In this document: positions 13,401-25,649 of the stretch, in pieces
Layout of the letters: the number at the start of each line of letters is the position of its first letter
Position numbering within the stretch: the first letter of the stretch is position 1
NCBI GenBank assembly: GCA_028023455.1
Contig: JAQFVV010000009.1
Location: 16,182,001-16,246,000 of the forward strand
Direction of reading: 5' to 3'
From: Epiperipatus broadwayi
Taxonomy: Eukaryota > Animalia > Onychophora
Length of the DNA: 64,000 nucleotides
Position numbers and translations under genes: made by a program
Notes under the pieces: model-generated
Database searches by the model: none
Told to the model about the DNA's origin: nothing
Seen by the model: the letters and a program-made list of their open reading frames with translations, nothing else

Positions 13401-16400
13401 TGGCATTATTGCTTTCTTATAGCAATCATTTTGGAAATCAGTGGCTTTGAAATAGCAGTTTGGCTTTAAATATTCTGCTTGTTAAATCGATGACATATTT
13501 GTGCAGACTTTTGTTGATCTCTGCATGACTTATTTTTCTGTAATTAGGTGTTGTTTTTTATTGCATGGTTTCTCTCAATGAGAAATTCGTACAAGAAAAT
13601 TTTATTTTCTAATTGTTAATAATTATATTTATTATCCTTGAATTTGTTGACAATAGGGCATTATATAGTTCATCAGTTTGAGTTGTCTACTAATAATATT
13701 CACATCTTTAAACTTTATTAGATGTATTATTTTTTACTGCTTATGAAGTGTTAGCTATCTATCAGAGACTCCTTATCTCTAGGATTTTGTCTCCAAAAGA
13801 TATAAATATTACAGTAGTATGTAATCTCATAATAGTACCACTTAGTGTGATGTGTTGACAGGTTTTTTTAAATTCAATCTTGAACTATGAACTCAAAAAA
13901 ATGAAGCAAATAAAACATAAAATACATAGTAATGTGAAAGCAAGTAGCTAGAATAACAAATTCCAAATTTATGTATTATAATAAAGAATTAAATGAAGAT
14001 ATTCTAGAAACATAGCAAAAAGGTGGATAATTGAAAGTTCACGACCTTCCATGATTAGATACAAAAGGCGAGGTTTGTCACCAAGTAAAAACTTAAAACT
14101 TAACTATAAAGTTATCAGTACATTATTGTTCTCAACTTTTGTTGCCGATAGTAGTGTCTTCAATTTTTCACAGCCATACCTTGCCGTAGACAGGAAAAAA
14201 CAACTTAAACTTTCTAAAGTAAGCTTCAATTTTATTCTTAAAGTTCTTTTTTCTCTCAATCTCCAAGTATAACTAATAGAGAAGTTAATCCATTTTCAAA
14301 CGCAATTAATAAAGATGATAATTTATACTAAGAGTTTTGGTCAACTGTAACTGAAATTAGTTGTTTCAAAACTTCACTAATTTCCAAACTAATCCATGCA
14401 TTAATTATAGCAAACAAATAAACAAAAATATCTGCATCCTCTTCGATAACTGAATATTGAATCTGCTGAGACTATAATGATTAAAAACAATAGTATACAC
14501 CCTTGAATTTATTTTCAACTTATAAATAATCTAATAAAAATTACTTATACGTTAAAACATTAAAAGAAGACAATACAGAACCTGATGTAAATACAAACTG
14601 GTCATATGAAAATATCACTGATATCTTCAATATAGCCAAAGCACAAAACAATTCGTTTACCACTATCAGTGACTCAACTTGCCAATCTGAAATCACTACA
14701 CAATATAATGAGGACACTGAAAAATTAAACTTGTTTCACAATAACAAAACATTAATTGTAGCAGTTACTAACACTAATATTGTCCTGTGGATGAATTATA
14801 ATTAATGGAGATAAAATTATGGAGCCTAATTTACGAGATTTTTGACCACCCCAATAATACATAGTCAAATTTCACAATATTTCTTAAAAGGAATTTTTTT
14901 AAAAAAAAATATCACCTTAATCAATTAAATAATCATATGCTATTTTATTCTAGATAGACTTATACCAATGTGAGGCAAAATAAAAATCTCATGTGAACTT
15001 TACCGAAGTAGATCTCCAATTACTGCTAAGAAAATGTGGAACCCTGTCTAATTTCCATTAGTTGCTGGAGAAGAAAGCTGCTGTTTTTGTACTGACAAAT
15101 ACAGTACTATTTAATAGTACTCAGTAAAATAATCTTGCCATAAGACATTCCAACATTTCATTCCACCAATTCATCATTCCTAATAGTAACATTTAAAGGC
15201 ATACCTCCACAATGCTTTCTCAACTAACCTGGAAACCATATCATTAAAGACTGTTGTGATAGATTCTGTAAATTCTGTGGATTAAAAATGCACAAAAACA
15301 ACAAAATGTGCCAAATCTGCACTACCGCAAGCAATTCAAAGCAATGTCAACACATCTAAAACAACTGAAATTATAGATATATAAGCTCAAATTACCCATA
15401 GATGAAATATCCAAGCAACATTATCGAAACAACACACCTAACCAGACCATCATATCTCCAAACCAAGAACACAAAACAAATATACTCACTGAATAGTGAT
15501 AGTTGATTCAAACAGCAAAATGTAATGTAAATCCAAGCTAATACCACCCTATACAGATGACTACAAGTCTTCATTTGATAAAAACTTCTTTCAAACAGTT
15601 ACAAAACAAAAGAAAACCCATAGAAAAAAGCAAAAGTAAAGAGAATAAAATTATCACATCAGTCAAATCACTAACTTGGAAACACAAATGCCTACAACAA
15701 CAATTAAAACTAGATCTTCAACTCTCCCCTTTGCACCAGCAAAAAAAATTAAAAGCCTCAATTAGCACTTCAAGAAACACGGACTCTAACATAATTAAAG
15801 ATAAATATTTAACTAGGCAAACACTAAGCAGTATATCAGTCCATTTCCAGAGCAATTAAATCTCTTCATTGAGAGCCATAAGACCCATAAAAGTGGCCAT
15901 AATTCTAAAAAACAACAACAACAACAATGATCTCTAATTTGCAAACTCAAACCTAGCAAACAACTTTTAAGAACAATATTTCAATCCATACAATGAAACT
16001 TAAAAACAAATGGTTAAACTTACACCTTTTCATTATTAGTAGTATTAGACTATAAAAATGGGCATTAATAGAGCAAATCCAGAAGTCTACAGTAAAAATC
16101 AGTTTATTTTAGTCACAATATACACATTTCAAAAATTATATATATATAAAATAGGTATCAAACCACAAACACGTTATCAAAACTTCTATATTTATGTCTT
16201 AATCTTCCCTCCTGCTTATCCTGAGATTTAAAATACCTCTAACCTCATAGCAGTTAATGTAAGGGGCATAAACTCCCCTCAGTACTTATTTGCAATTAAT
16301 AACTGGATTATACAATACTTTCCTCAAATTCACTTATTCATTGAAAGAAAACATTCAATCACCACCAAGATAGAGCCTCAAAACACCAAGATAAAGCTTC

Positions 16401-16559
16401 AAAAAATATCTTGGAAAATTTGGTTACCTATAACTCTCTACTTTTAACACATCTATTACAAGGGTAGAAATGATAACCCACCACACATTATCCTTTATAT
16501 TCTTCAAAAATCTTATATCTTATGCTTCAACAATACTTTCAATTTTTATGACAGTTGCC

Positions 16560-17340
16560 TTTGGAAATATTTATAGACAATTTAATGAAATAAGGATCAA
16601 TATGTGATCCAGGTTTGACAGTGGAACCTCTGATTTGAATTGATTGAAAGCAAAAACAAATACTTCATTATTTTGGATTCTGGATTTACAATATGCTGAT
16701 GATTATGGGTTTTTTCCCAGTTCAAAAGATAATTTACAGAGTGTACTTAATGTTTTGAATGCAACAAAAAAAAAAATCCACAATTTTTAGTTTGGATGGT
16801 TATTGACTTGAGAATGTAAATCAACTTAAATGTCTTGATAGTTTTATAAATAGAAAGATCTTACTTAGGTGTTGAGATATAATACAAATGTCATAATACA
16901 GCTGCTTTAATAAGTTAAAAGACAGTATTTAATCACAGGGAAATAACTACTAAAAATTATAGAACTATTATTTTACCTAATTTGTTGTATGAAAGTTTCA
17001 TTTTTCCAAATACAATGGCAAAATCATAAAACCAGTCAATATGTTCTTCAGTTTTCACTATTGTAAATTGAACTAAATATGTAAAACAAATGAACAATGT
17101 ATGACTTTCTAAAAGGTGTTTGACTGTGAACTTGAGCATAATTTTTGTGGAAGAAGTGGACACCATCTACATTATAAGAATTATTTCAAAAACATTCTAA
17201 ATATGTACAATGTCATTTGTTTCCATTGAAAAAGATAGGGCAGATAATAGAATATATTGGAGAGCTACAACTAGACATGTAGATTTTTCAGAAAGAAAAA
17301 TTTATGGAAGAAATTAAAAAGACAACATCATAAAATATCA
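16560..17340 (+). mobile_element. RTE (BovB-like) LINE RT remnant, heavily decayed
   Basis: LKAKTN..ILDLQYADD motif at about 16645-16703, followed by a ..LQSVLNVL.. segment; homologous to 42470-43250. Confidence 0.62.
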
Positions 17341-18129
17341 AGCAGAAAAATAGACTAGGGTGTTTTATATGTGGACATATTTCTGGTTTTTATATTCTTT
17401 TTATAGTCATTACAAAACTCATTTATAGTGTAGGTTTTTTCCTATCCTTGAAGTTGAAATGGCCATACTTGTTTAGACGGGATATTTGCTATTGTAATTA
17501 AATTTCTTATTATTTGAGACATGCATTTATATTGAAGTTTATGAAAGATGGCAGCACTACATTGGTCATTAATATCTAACAGAACAACACTAACAGAAAA
17601 TAATAATGTATCAGTTTTCTTGACTCACTTCAAATCTTGGTTGACATTGAAGAAAGGAATTTCTACTTTAAGAGTCTCTGTGTATATTTTTTTCATCCAC
17701 AATGAAAACATTAAGATATAATTTTTTTTATGTTAATATTAATCATGAAATGCTGAGATAAAATATAAAGCATAAAGTGTCTTCAATTAAAGAGGTGCTG
17801 ATGTTTGTTGCTTTATTCTAAACTTTTTTATTTTCCATTCTAGCTAATAGTATCTACATATTTTAATAATTGAAAGTAACAGTGATATCTCTAGCTTATA
17901 TTTAATCTGCATTTGGCAGCACTACTTTATCTCACATATCTATTCATAAGTCATTGAATACCAAATGATCTTTTTTAATAGGAATTATGGTTATATAGAC
18001 TAATTAGAAGCCAACTTAAAACTGAAAGAATTATGACCATCAATTTTACATAATGCTTTATAGATGTAAATTATTTATTTTATTCTATTATTGTAAGCTT
18101 AAAAATCAATAGAGATTAAGAGTATAATC

Positions 18130-18400
18130 CTTACTAAATACATATCAAAAATATGATCCTATTCATATCTCCAGACTAATTCTAGATTATAGTCTTCAGG
18201 AAGTTTGATCTGAATCTAGTACACTTGAATCTTTTTAGACTAATATGCACTTTTCATCCAGCTCTACTTAATTATCAAACTATCAGTCTAAAATTTAAAA
18301 ATGCTTCTCAATATTTTAAATCCAAGTGAATTTGCTTGCAAACCTATATAGTTCTGATACCAGCTCAGTAACTATATGTTTTTAGACTGTCCATTTTTAT
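18130..18400 (-). mobile_element. Old degenerate Family B copy
   Basis: The reverse complement keeps colinear blocks TTAAGTAGAG, TCAGATC and AGAA(T)TAGTCTGGAGATAT matching the 19343-20194 unit around its hammerhead. Confidence 0.45.
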
Positions 18401-19507
18401 AAAAACTTTAGGGAATTTTATCCTTTAGTCAGAATTGTATAAATTAGCAAAACTATTTTTGAATTTCAGGCTAATAGCTTGATAGTAAAAAATAAAAGCA
18501 GATGCAAGATGAAACATGCATATCCAAGTGCATCAGATCCAGCTTCAAACTTGACACTGTTGATGATCATAAACTAGAAAGTGTGTAGGGATATGATTAG
18601 TGTAGAACTGGATATGGGTTTAATAAGCATTACTATCCAGTATTTTGATTCAAGCTTACAATAGATGGTAGCAGTTTGCTTCAGGAACAACCTTTAATGT
18701 GCTATTATCAAACATAATGTATTGTTCTGTCAAAAAGTCAAAGATGCTTGCAAATAGTTTTTAAGAGTCACTCAATTATAGTACTGAGCTGGTAATAAGT
18801 CCATATAGCTATTTAAGCAACTATTGCTGGAATCAGAATTTTAGTGTTTGGGAATTCAAACCATCGTAACAGAAATAAAAAATGGTTGATGAATGGCTAT
18901 AAGTCTAAAACCATGTTTCATACTGGGAATGGCATCCTGAATTATCCATTACTTATGCTTTATATGGATGGCTCTAGAGTAGAGTAATATCTTACATAGT
19001 CAAGGGGATAAATTCCCCAGTACATTTTCAATTTTTCAGATAAAGCAAAGTATAAAGAAAAGAAGAATTGTGAAAATACTGGGGAAATGATTCATTTAGA
19101 AAAACCAAATATCTAGATTTTTGTAAAGCAATATGCAAAAGAGTTAATGATGAATTGGAATTAAAAGTAAGAAAAGAATAAAAATCTCAAAAATATATAT
19201 CTTGATATTGGAAAAAAAGTTATTTCAGTAATTAAAAAAAAGATAGCTATTATAAAAAAAAAAAAGAATATCATGAAGTGAGAGGAAGAGATCTAAAAAG
19301 AATTACATGCATAGAAGTAATAAAGATTAAGAATAGCTTGTGTAAACCACTAAACATCATATGATCACCATCTCTTATACTAGCACATAATTGTTATTAA
19401 ATAAGGCAAACTCCATACAGTAGTGCCACCCTGTGCCAACCAAAGTAATTAATGGATGCCAGAAGGCTTGTGCATAAAATCCCTATCTAGTGCCTACTCA
19501 TCCAATA

Positions 19508-19549
19508 TCCCCAGATTAGTTTCTGGCTTGTGGCCTTCGTCAGTGAGGA
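19508..19549 (-). ncRNA. Minimal type I hammerhead ribozyme-like motif (Family B, unit 1)
   Basis: UCCUCA-CUGACGA-A-GGC-CACAA-GCC-A-GAAA-CUAA-UC-UGGGGA: stem I has 6 bp including one GU; stem III is mutated in this copy. Confidence 0.6.
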
Positions 19550-19909
19550 GCCTTGGATCTGAGAGCACTGCACCTAGATCTTAGGATCTAATGCAACCCT
19601 CCAGCAGCCACCTTTTATCTCTACTTAACTACAAAACTATGAGAATGAAATTGAAAACAATATTTTCAATCTAAGCTCAATAGCTTATATAGTCATATGG
19701 GTCTGAACTCAGTTCAGCACCCATACATTTTGGTGTCTTTGGCTTTTTAACAACCATAGCCACCACTATCCTATTAGGCAGGATTGGTGTTAAACCACTA
19801 AACATCACATGAAGGCAAAACTCTCCATACAGTAGTACCAACCAGAGTAATCAATGGATGCCAGAAGGCTTGTGCATAAAATCCCTATCTAGTGCCTACT
19901 CATCCAATA

Positions 19910-19951
19910 TCTCCAGACTAGTTTCTGGCTTGTGGCCTTCGTCAGTGAGGA
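19910..19951 (-). ncRNA. Minimal type I hammerhead ribozyme-like motif (Family B, unit 2)
   Basis: CUGACGA-A-GGC-CACAA-GCC-A-GAAA-CUAG-UC: GUC cleavage triplet and palindromic ACUAGU stem III; one mismatch in stem I. Confidence 0.65.
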
Positions 19952-20604
19952 GCTTTGGATCTGAGAGCATTGCACCTAGATCTTAGGATCTAATGCAACC
20001 CTCCAGCAGCCACCTTTTAATCTCTGCTTAACTACAAAACTATGAGAATGAAATTTGAAAACAATATTTTCAATCTAAGCTCAATAGCTTATATAGTCAT
20101 ATGGGTCTGAACTCAGTTCAGCATCCATACATTTTGGTGTCTTTGGATCTTTAACAATCATAGCCACTACTATCCTATTAGGCAGGATTGGTGTTAAACC
20201 ACTAAACATCACATGATCACCATCTCTTATACTAGCACATAATTGTTATTAAACAAGGCACTAGATAGGGATTTTATGCATAAGCCTTCTGGCATCCATT
20301 GATTACTCTGGTTGGCACAGGGTGGCCTACTGTATGTAGAGTTTTGCCTTGTTTAATAGCTTGTATAGTTGCATCTTTTGAAATAACTAATTTAAATTAG
20401 AGCTGAAACATATAATGATGTCTATGAAGATCAGAAATGATGAAATTACTATGACATTAATATCTTAAAAGAAACAGAAATGGTTAGCTATGCTATATAC
20501 CAGATTTCTAAATGATAAAGATATAGCTCTCTCACTTATGTATTTTTACTAAAGATCATTTCAACTCATCAACAGAGAATTTTGGAGTCAAATCAAGGAA
20601 AACA

Positions 20605-20806
20605 ATAATTTAATTATGTTATAACCTCTTTTATATGCAGTTTATTGTTTTACTTGATTTGAGCCTGCATTTCTTTATTGATGAACTGAAAAGGCTGTAA
20701 AGCCATAATTTAATTATGTTATAACCTCTTTTATATGCAGTTTATTGTTTTACTTGATTTGAGTCTGCATTTCTTTATTGATGGACTGAAAAGGCTGTAA
20801 AGCCAT
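20605..20806. repeat. Tandem duplication, 2 x 100 bp
   Basis: ATAATTTAATTATGTTATAACCTC...GGCTGTAAAGCC repeated at 20605 and 20705 with about 2 differences. Confidence 0.95.
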
Positions 20807-21747
20807 TAACAAATTGGCTGCTAAAGGCACAGGTTGCTGAGGTTCTTGATTGCTAGTTTGAGCTGCCAGTTTGATGATGGCTTTTTACTTAGGTATTTAC
20901 AACTGCAGATCATTTTCAATTGAAAAAAGGTTGCATTTGTGAAATTAGGAAATGTCAAAGAGAGAATTGATTTAAAAAAGTGATGTTCTATAAAAGCACA
21001 AATATTCAAAGACAAATGGAATGAGATTCATTATAAATAAAAAGTGGAAGAACAACATTGTAGATATTAATGATATATCAAACAAAATAATAAGATTATT
21101 TATTTGACTTAATTGAACTTGCCAGTCAAATAATTCAAGTTTATGCCCAACAAATTTTTATTGGGATAAAAAAAGAGGATTTTTATATAGATGTATAAAA
21201 TGCTTTTGATCACAGCAAACAATATTTTTAAATTATGAATGATTTTAATGCTAGAATGACTTTGCCATACTTTCAATTACTTTTGATAAACACAATCTTT
21301 TAAAATGTTCATTTTTGCCCAAATAATTATTAATAAAAATGAGAATAGCGAGAATTCTAAGGAATAACCGTAGCAACTATTATATTAATTTATTAATAGT
21401 AATGCAATATATTCAGTTATGACAAATAAGCCCATTTATACATTATCAAATCCAAAATATGAATCTAATTGATAATAACTATGATAAAAGAATAACAATT
21501 GCCTGAAATAATCCAGAATTCATTTTTTCAATAACTGAAATGGGATTAAAAAAACAAGACACATAAAATGCAGTAATGTTTTTTGTCATTCATTAGACTA
21601 AAGATTATCCAATGATGAATAATATATATGTAATTTTCACTATATAAATCACACAAGATAGGGTCTAGTTTCTATTCACTTTTAACACCTTGTGGAGGGA
21701 TGTAATCATAAATATATGACCAAAGTCATATGAAAAAGATCTGATCC

Positions 21748-21789
21748 CCAAGATGCACATTTCATGCTGAACTAGCACTCATTAGTTGG
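21748..21789 (-). ncRNA. Minimal type I hammerhead (Family A), core mutated (CUAAUGA)
   Basis: CCAA-CUAAUGA-GUGCU-AGUUC-AGCAU-GAAA-UGUGCA-UC-UUGG: perfect stems I and II; G5 to A substitution. Confidence 0.75.
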
Positions 21790-22083
21790 CCCAGACCACA
21801 ATCTCTTACATCTTTATCATTATTCAGTATATCTATATAGATAGATAGCAAATTACTTGAGTTTAATTGATATGTCAAATGTGCTACCCTCACAACTTTA
21901 CACAAATCACTTAATGAAAGTATTTCATTAGATTAGAGATCCATTGATGAATAATATTTCTGTAGTGTAATTTTCACAATACCACTCTCATGCAAGGTAT
22001 GTAATGGTTTCTGACCTTTTATAATATATTGGGAGGGATGTAATCATAAACATATAACCCAAGATGTGAAAAGATTATGATCC

Positions 22084-22125
22084 ACAAGATGCACATTTCA
22101 TGCTGAACTAGCTCTCATCAGTTGA
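22084..22125 (-). ncRNA. Minimal type I hammerhead (Family A), intact core
   Basis: CAA-CUGAUGA-GAGCU-AGUUC-AGCAU-GAAA-UGUGCA-UC-UUG: AUC cleavage triplet; one mismatch in stem II. Confidence 0.8.
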
Positions 22126-24559
22126 CCCAGATCACAATCTTTTACACATATTTTTACCATTGCTCAATATATATATAAATTGAAAATTACAACAGTTTAA
22201 TTGATAGGTGAATGTGAAAGTATATTAATACTTTTTATTACTCGGAATCAATTAAACTAGTAATTCGCTACCTATATATATTGAAGCAGATGATCTGATG
22301 CTCAGATCCTGCTTCACAGCCCACATCCAATCTCCTACCACATAACCGCATTCAAACTCGTCCTTACGCACATATACACATAACCAATAATATATTTCTT
22401 TATTCAAGAGTATAAAATAATGTAAACATATGTATTTCAATTTAATATTTAATGTAATAATAATATTCTCATGTGTATGTGGGCGTAAATAATAAATATA
22501 TATGTATATTTTAACGTAGGAGATTGCGATTGAATTAATATTATATATATATAAGATATATATGAAACTTACTATTTTTTTTCATATATAAGTTTGTTGC
22601 CAGAAGTGATGCAATCTTGTTAGTAAGTCTCTCGAAAAACAATAACCCGGAAGACCCTTTTGATTAAAATAGAAGATTACAAATTAGTAATAATAGAATA
22701 AACCCATTAGTGGAAATTGTCCAAGCTAGCTTGTTTTAAAATCACAAGATATATTTTAAAACAATCGTTTGAGAAACTGATAACAAACTTGCATTGTTTC
22801 AAACATCTTACTAGATAAGAGTATCCGGCCAAACGTTTCCAAATGAAAGCTAAGTGCTCAAACCGCCTCAGATCCAGCAGTAGTTGCCTAGTTACAGTTT
22901 CAAAATCAAAAGTATAAATACTGCTGGATTTGAATCCACAAAGAGGAGGAGATAATTAATTAGCCATGCTGCTAAAGATAATCCACGCCCGATGCAATTT
23001 TGATGCAATGTGTTCTGAGTAATAAAATTCGCCTTATCCCTCCGTTCTAATATGCTGATCCCAGGAACGAAGCTTCCGTACTCCGTGCTACTGAACTATA
23101 TATATATTTTCCAATGAAATGAAGTGCTATCCAAAGTCATCCCGCTACCGGCGGACTGATTCCTAATGAAATGCGTTTCACGATAATGAAGGTAAAGAAC
23201 TCTGACTGCTAATAATTCTTAAAATCCTGCCTTCTCTGTAATGTAATGTGTATTTTAAACTCTATATCTTTTAAATGTCTTCAAATATAAATATATATAA
23301 CTCTATATAACTAATTTATGCTAAGCCTCTTTTATAAATGTCTTTTTCTTTTCTTTTATTTAAAAGCGGCCAACAATTTTTTATTAATGTTTTTATGTAT
23401 TTCTATTTAAAGTTAATGCCAATAATATTCTAAAATTGCCAGCATATAAATTATTTTGTTTTCCCCACCCATCATTTACTGGGTAACTAAATTCTAATTG
23501 ATAAAAACAAGTCTTATTCGGCTTGCCCAGATGCTCGCGATTTTAGAAAATAAATTAATTACATTTTCATGTTTACTGTTGAAAATAGATTTGACATCTG
23601 TTTTTCCAATTCTCCATCCTAAATAATGCGCTACCCTTTATTTTTCAATTACAAGTATATATGTGAATTTCATCTTAGCTATTACGTCCACTCTTTTATT
23701 TTATAATCAATTAATGTATTTTTCACAAGAGCATAAGTCAACCAAAACTAAGATTTAATGTGTAAAAAAAGGTAATCAATAATATTAAGTAATATAATGT
23801 AAGGGGGGGGACCTTAACTTTTATTCTATATTTACGTGTGTAATTATTATCCCTGTTTGTTTAAAGTGAAGCCATGTCATTACGCTGAATAGTTCATCAT
23901 TCGTGGGCAATAAACACGTCCCAAGAATCTTTAATGTTAGAAATATATTTATGTTTTAGTAATAAGCGTTTAGTGCATAAAGGCCATTCTATTTATATAT
24001 ATTCGTGCTTCTTTCTTACATGGAGGCAACCGCAAAGTCGGACCCCATCGTCGTCTCTCTGTCCTTAAACCAGGCTGTAAAAACCACCTGGGGGACATCC
24101 ACGGTCTTATGAGCATGCTTTATACGGGGATCGCTCTGGAAAAACCAGCCCGATAGGCATAGCCGGCCGCCCTTCGTTCGTCAAACCGATCCTGCCAAAG
24201 TTTGCAGAGGAAATCGGTCACTTCTTCTTTGAATTCGCGAAGCACACTCTAGGATCCATAAAAGGACCGACCCAATAAGCCACCATGCACGCACCGCTTT
24301 TCCTTATCTTATCATTCGCCCAGAAGTATTCATAAGCCGTAATGAAATGATTTATTTAAACAAACATATTGCCGTTAGTTTAATATAAATAATAATACGA
24401 TAAATTTAGTATCGTTTGTATAAATTGTTCATTACTCATCCCACGCATTAATTATCTAACTTTCCAAATTAACCCTCATATTAATGTTAAAATTATTGTT
24501 CAAAGTAATCAAATGCTCTCTTTTCGTTTCTGGGGGTGTGATAGTGTTCTGATTATATA

Positions 24560-25059
24560 TTTTTATAGCGCTAATTTATTCCGAATACATATATATTATT
24601 GGCATTGCCGCAATTCAAATGTTATTGTATAAAATGATTCAAATAAATATCTATAGTAATCCTGAGGCTCACGTCGGCTAAATTACCCGACATAATTATT
24701 GTTAATAAATATTAAATATATCTACATCAAACTCGAATCAATGCTTTCTTTAGTTAAGATAGATATTAAGTTACTTCTTAAGCTTAAATATGATTAGATG
24801 ATCTCCGCTCTATACATAATTAATATGTTATTAAGTTAGTCTATCATGAGTTAGCCTTGAGTCTTTTTGTGTCTCCGATGATCGATGCCGGCGGATGAGA
24901 AGTGGATTAATCAATGTCATCGGGATTGTTGCTCATAATGTTATAGATCTGGGGAATAGGCAAATAGGGCAGAATCCATGAGTGTTCCTGACCTGTGTAT
25001 CTTGCGCACGATTGGATTCGGGGTACTTGTTACGTGAACATACAAATCCGACCGGCACA
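24560..25059 (-). mobile_element. LTR-like segment starting TGT next to (TA)n, distant relative of 51133-51755
   Basis: The reverse complement starts TGTGCCGGTC and shares colinear blocks (GTCAGG.AC...TGGATTC; ATCGGAGA.A.AA.AAGA.TCA.GG) with 51133 onward. The far end is uncertain. Confidence 0.45.
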
Positions 25060-25094
25060 ATATATATATACTGAACAATGATAAAGATATAGAA

Positions 25095-25297
25095 AGAAGT
25101 TGTGGTTTGGTCCAACTAAGTGTGCTTATTCAGCATGAAATGTGGATCTTGGGATCATAGATCTTTTTTATATGTCTTTGGATATATGTTTATGAATGCA
25201 TCCCTCCACAAGATATTAAAAGTGGATAGAAACCAGTCTCTACCTTAGATGAGAGTGGTGTAGTGAAAATTTCACTACAGAAATATTATTCAGCATT
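25095..25297 (+). mobile_element. Family A partial copy with decayed hammerhead (25112-25152)
   Basis: CCAA-CTAAGTG-TGCTTATTCAGCAT-GAAA-TGTGGA-TC-TTGG followed by about 150 bp matching the Family A unit. Confidence 0.8.
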
Positions 25298-25649
25298 GCA
25301 TAAAAATGAAACTCAAATGTAATTAAAGGCAGCAGAATTTTATAAGTTGTTTGTTGTTGCAATATTTGAAATTTGCATCAAATTATTTCAAAGCAAAACA
25401 AAATTCAGACACATTCTAAATTATCCTCTTTTTTTTTATCTATAACATTTTAATGAATAGTAAGGAAGTTAATACATATTTTGAAAGATATTTTCCTCAT
25501 TTTTTTAGCCATAAAATTTTATTATAATACAAATTTAATATGGAAGTCTTTGTTTTTCATGATGTGAACAATGCTAGCACCAAAAACATTTAAATAAGAT
25601 TTACACATTTGCTATTCATGCTTAAAAGAAGAGAAATGAAAAATTAAGA

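Larger units (their letters stand above)
19343..20358 (-). mobile_element. Family B tandem array (units 19343-19790 and 19791-20194, partial third unit, then a terminal inversion): retrozyme-like / Penelope-dependent non-coding element
   Basis: Near-identical direct units of 448 and 404 bp, each with a hammerhead-like motif and several perfect hairpins; no ORF; inverted segment at 20257-20358. Confidence 0.85.
21587..22235 (-). mobile_element. Family A tandem dimer (about 335-340 bp unit), hammerhead-bearing retrozyme-like element
   Basis: Units begin TTCATTAGA at about 21587 and about 21925; each has a hammerhead motif; homologous to 25095-25297, 33775-34255 and 35890-36480. Confidence 0.85.

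Noticed and set aside
14280-15900. A/C-skewed tract as LINE ORF1 or endonuclease
   Set aside because: Strand skew suggests an old retroelement, but no convincing motif could be read.
17340-17620. Minus-strand frame INDQCSAAIFHKLQYKC... as an exon or Penelope fragment
   Set aside because: Motifs are too weak to distinguish from chance.
22920-22985. tRNA gene or SINE head (B-box-like GGATTCAAATCC on the minus strand)
   Set aside because: No cloverleaf and the A box is too degenerate; similar weak B-box hits at about 10400 and about 51225 were also not called.
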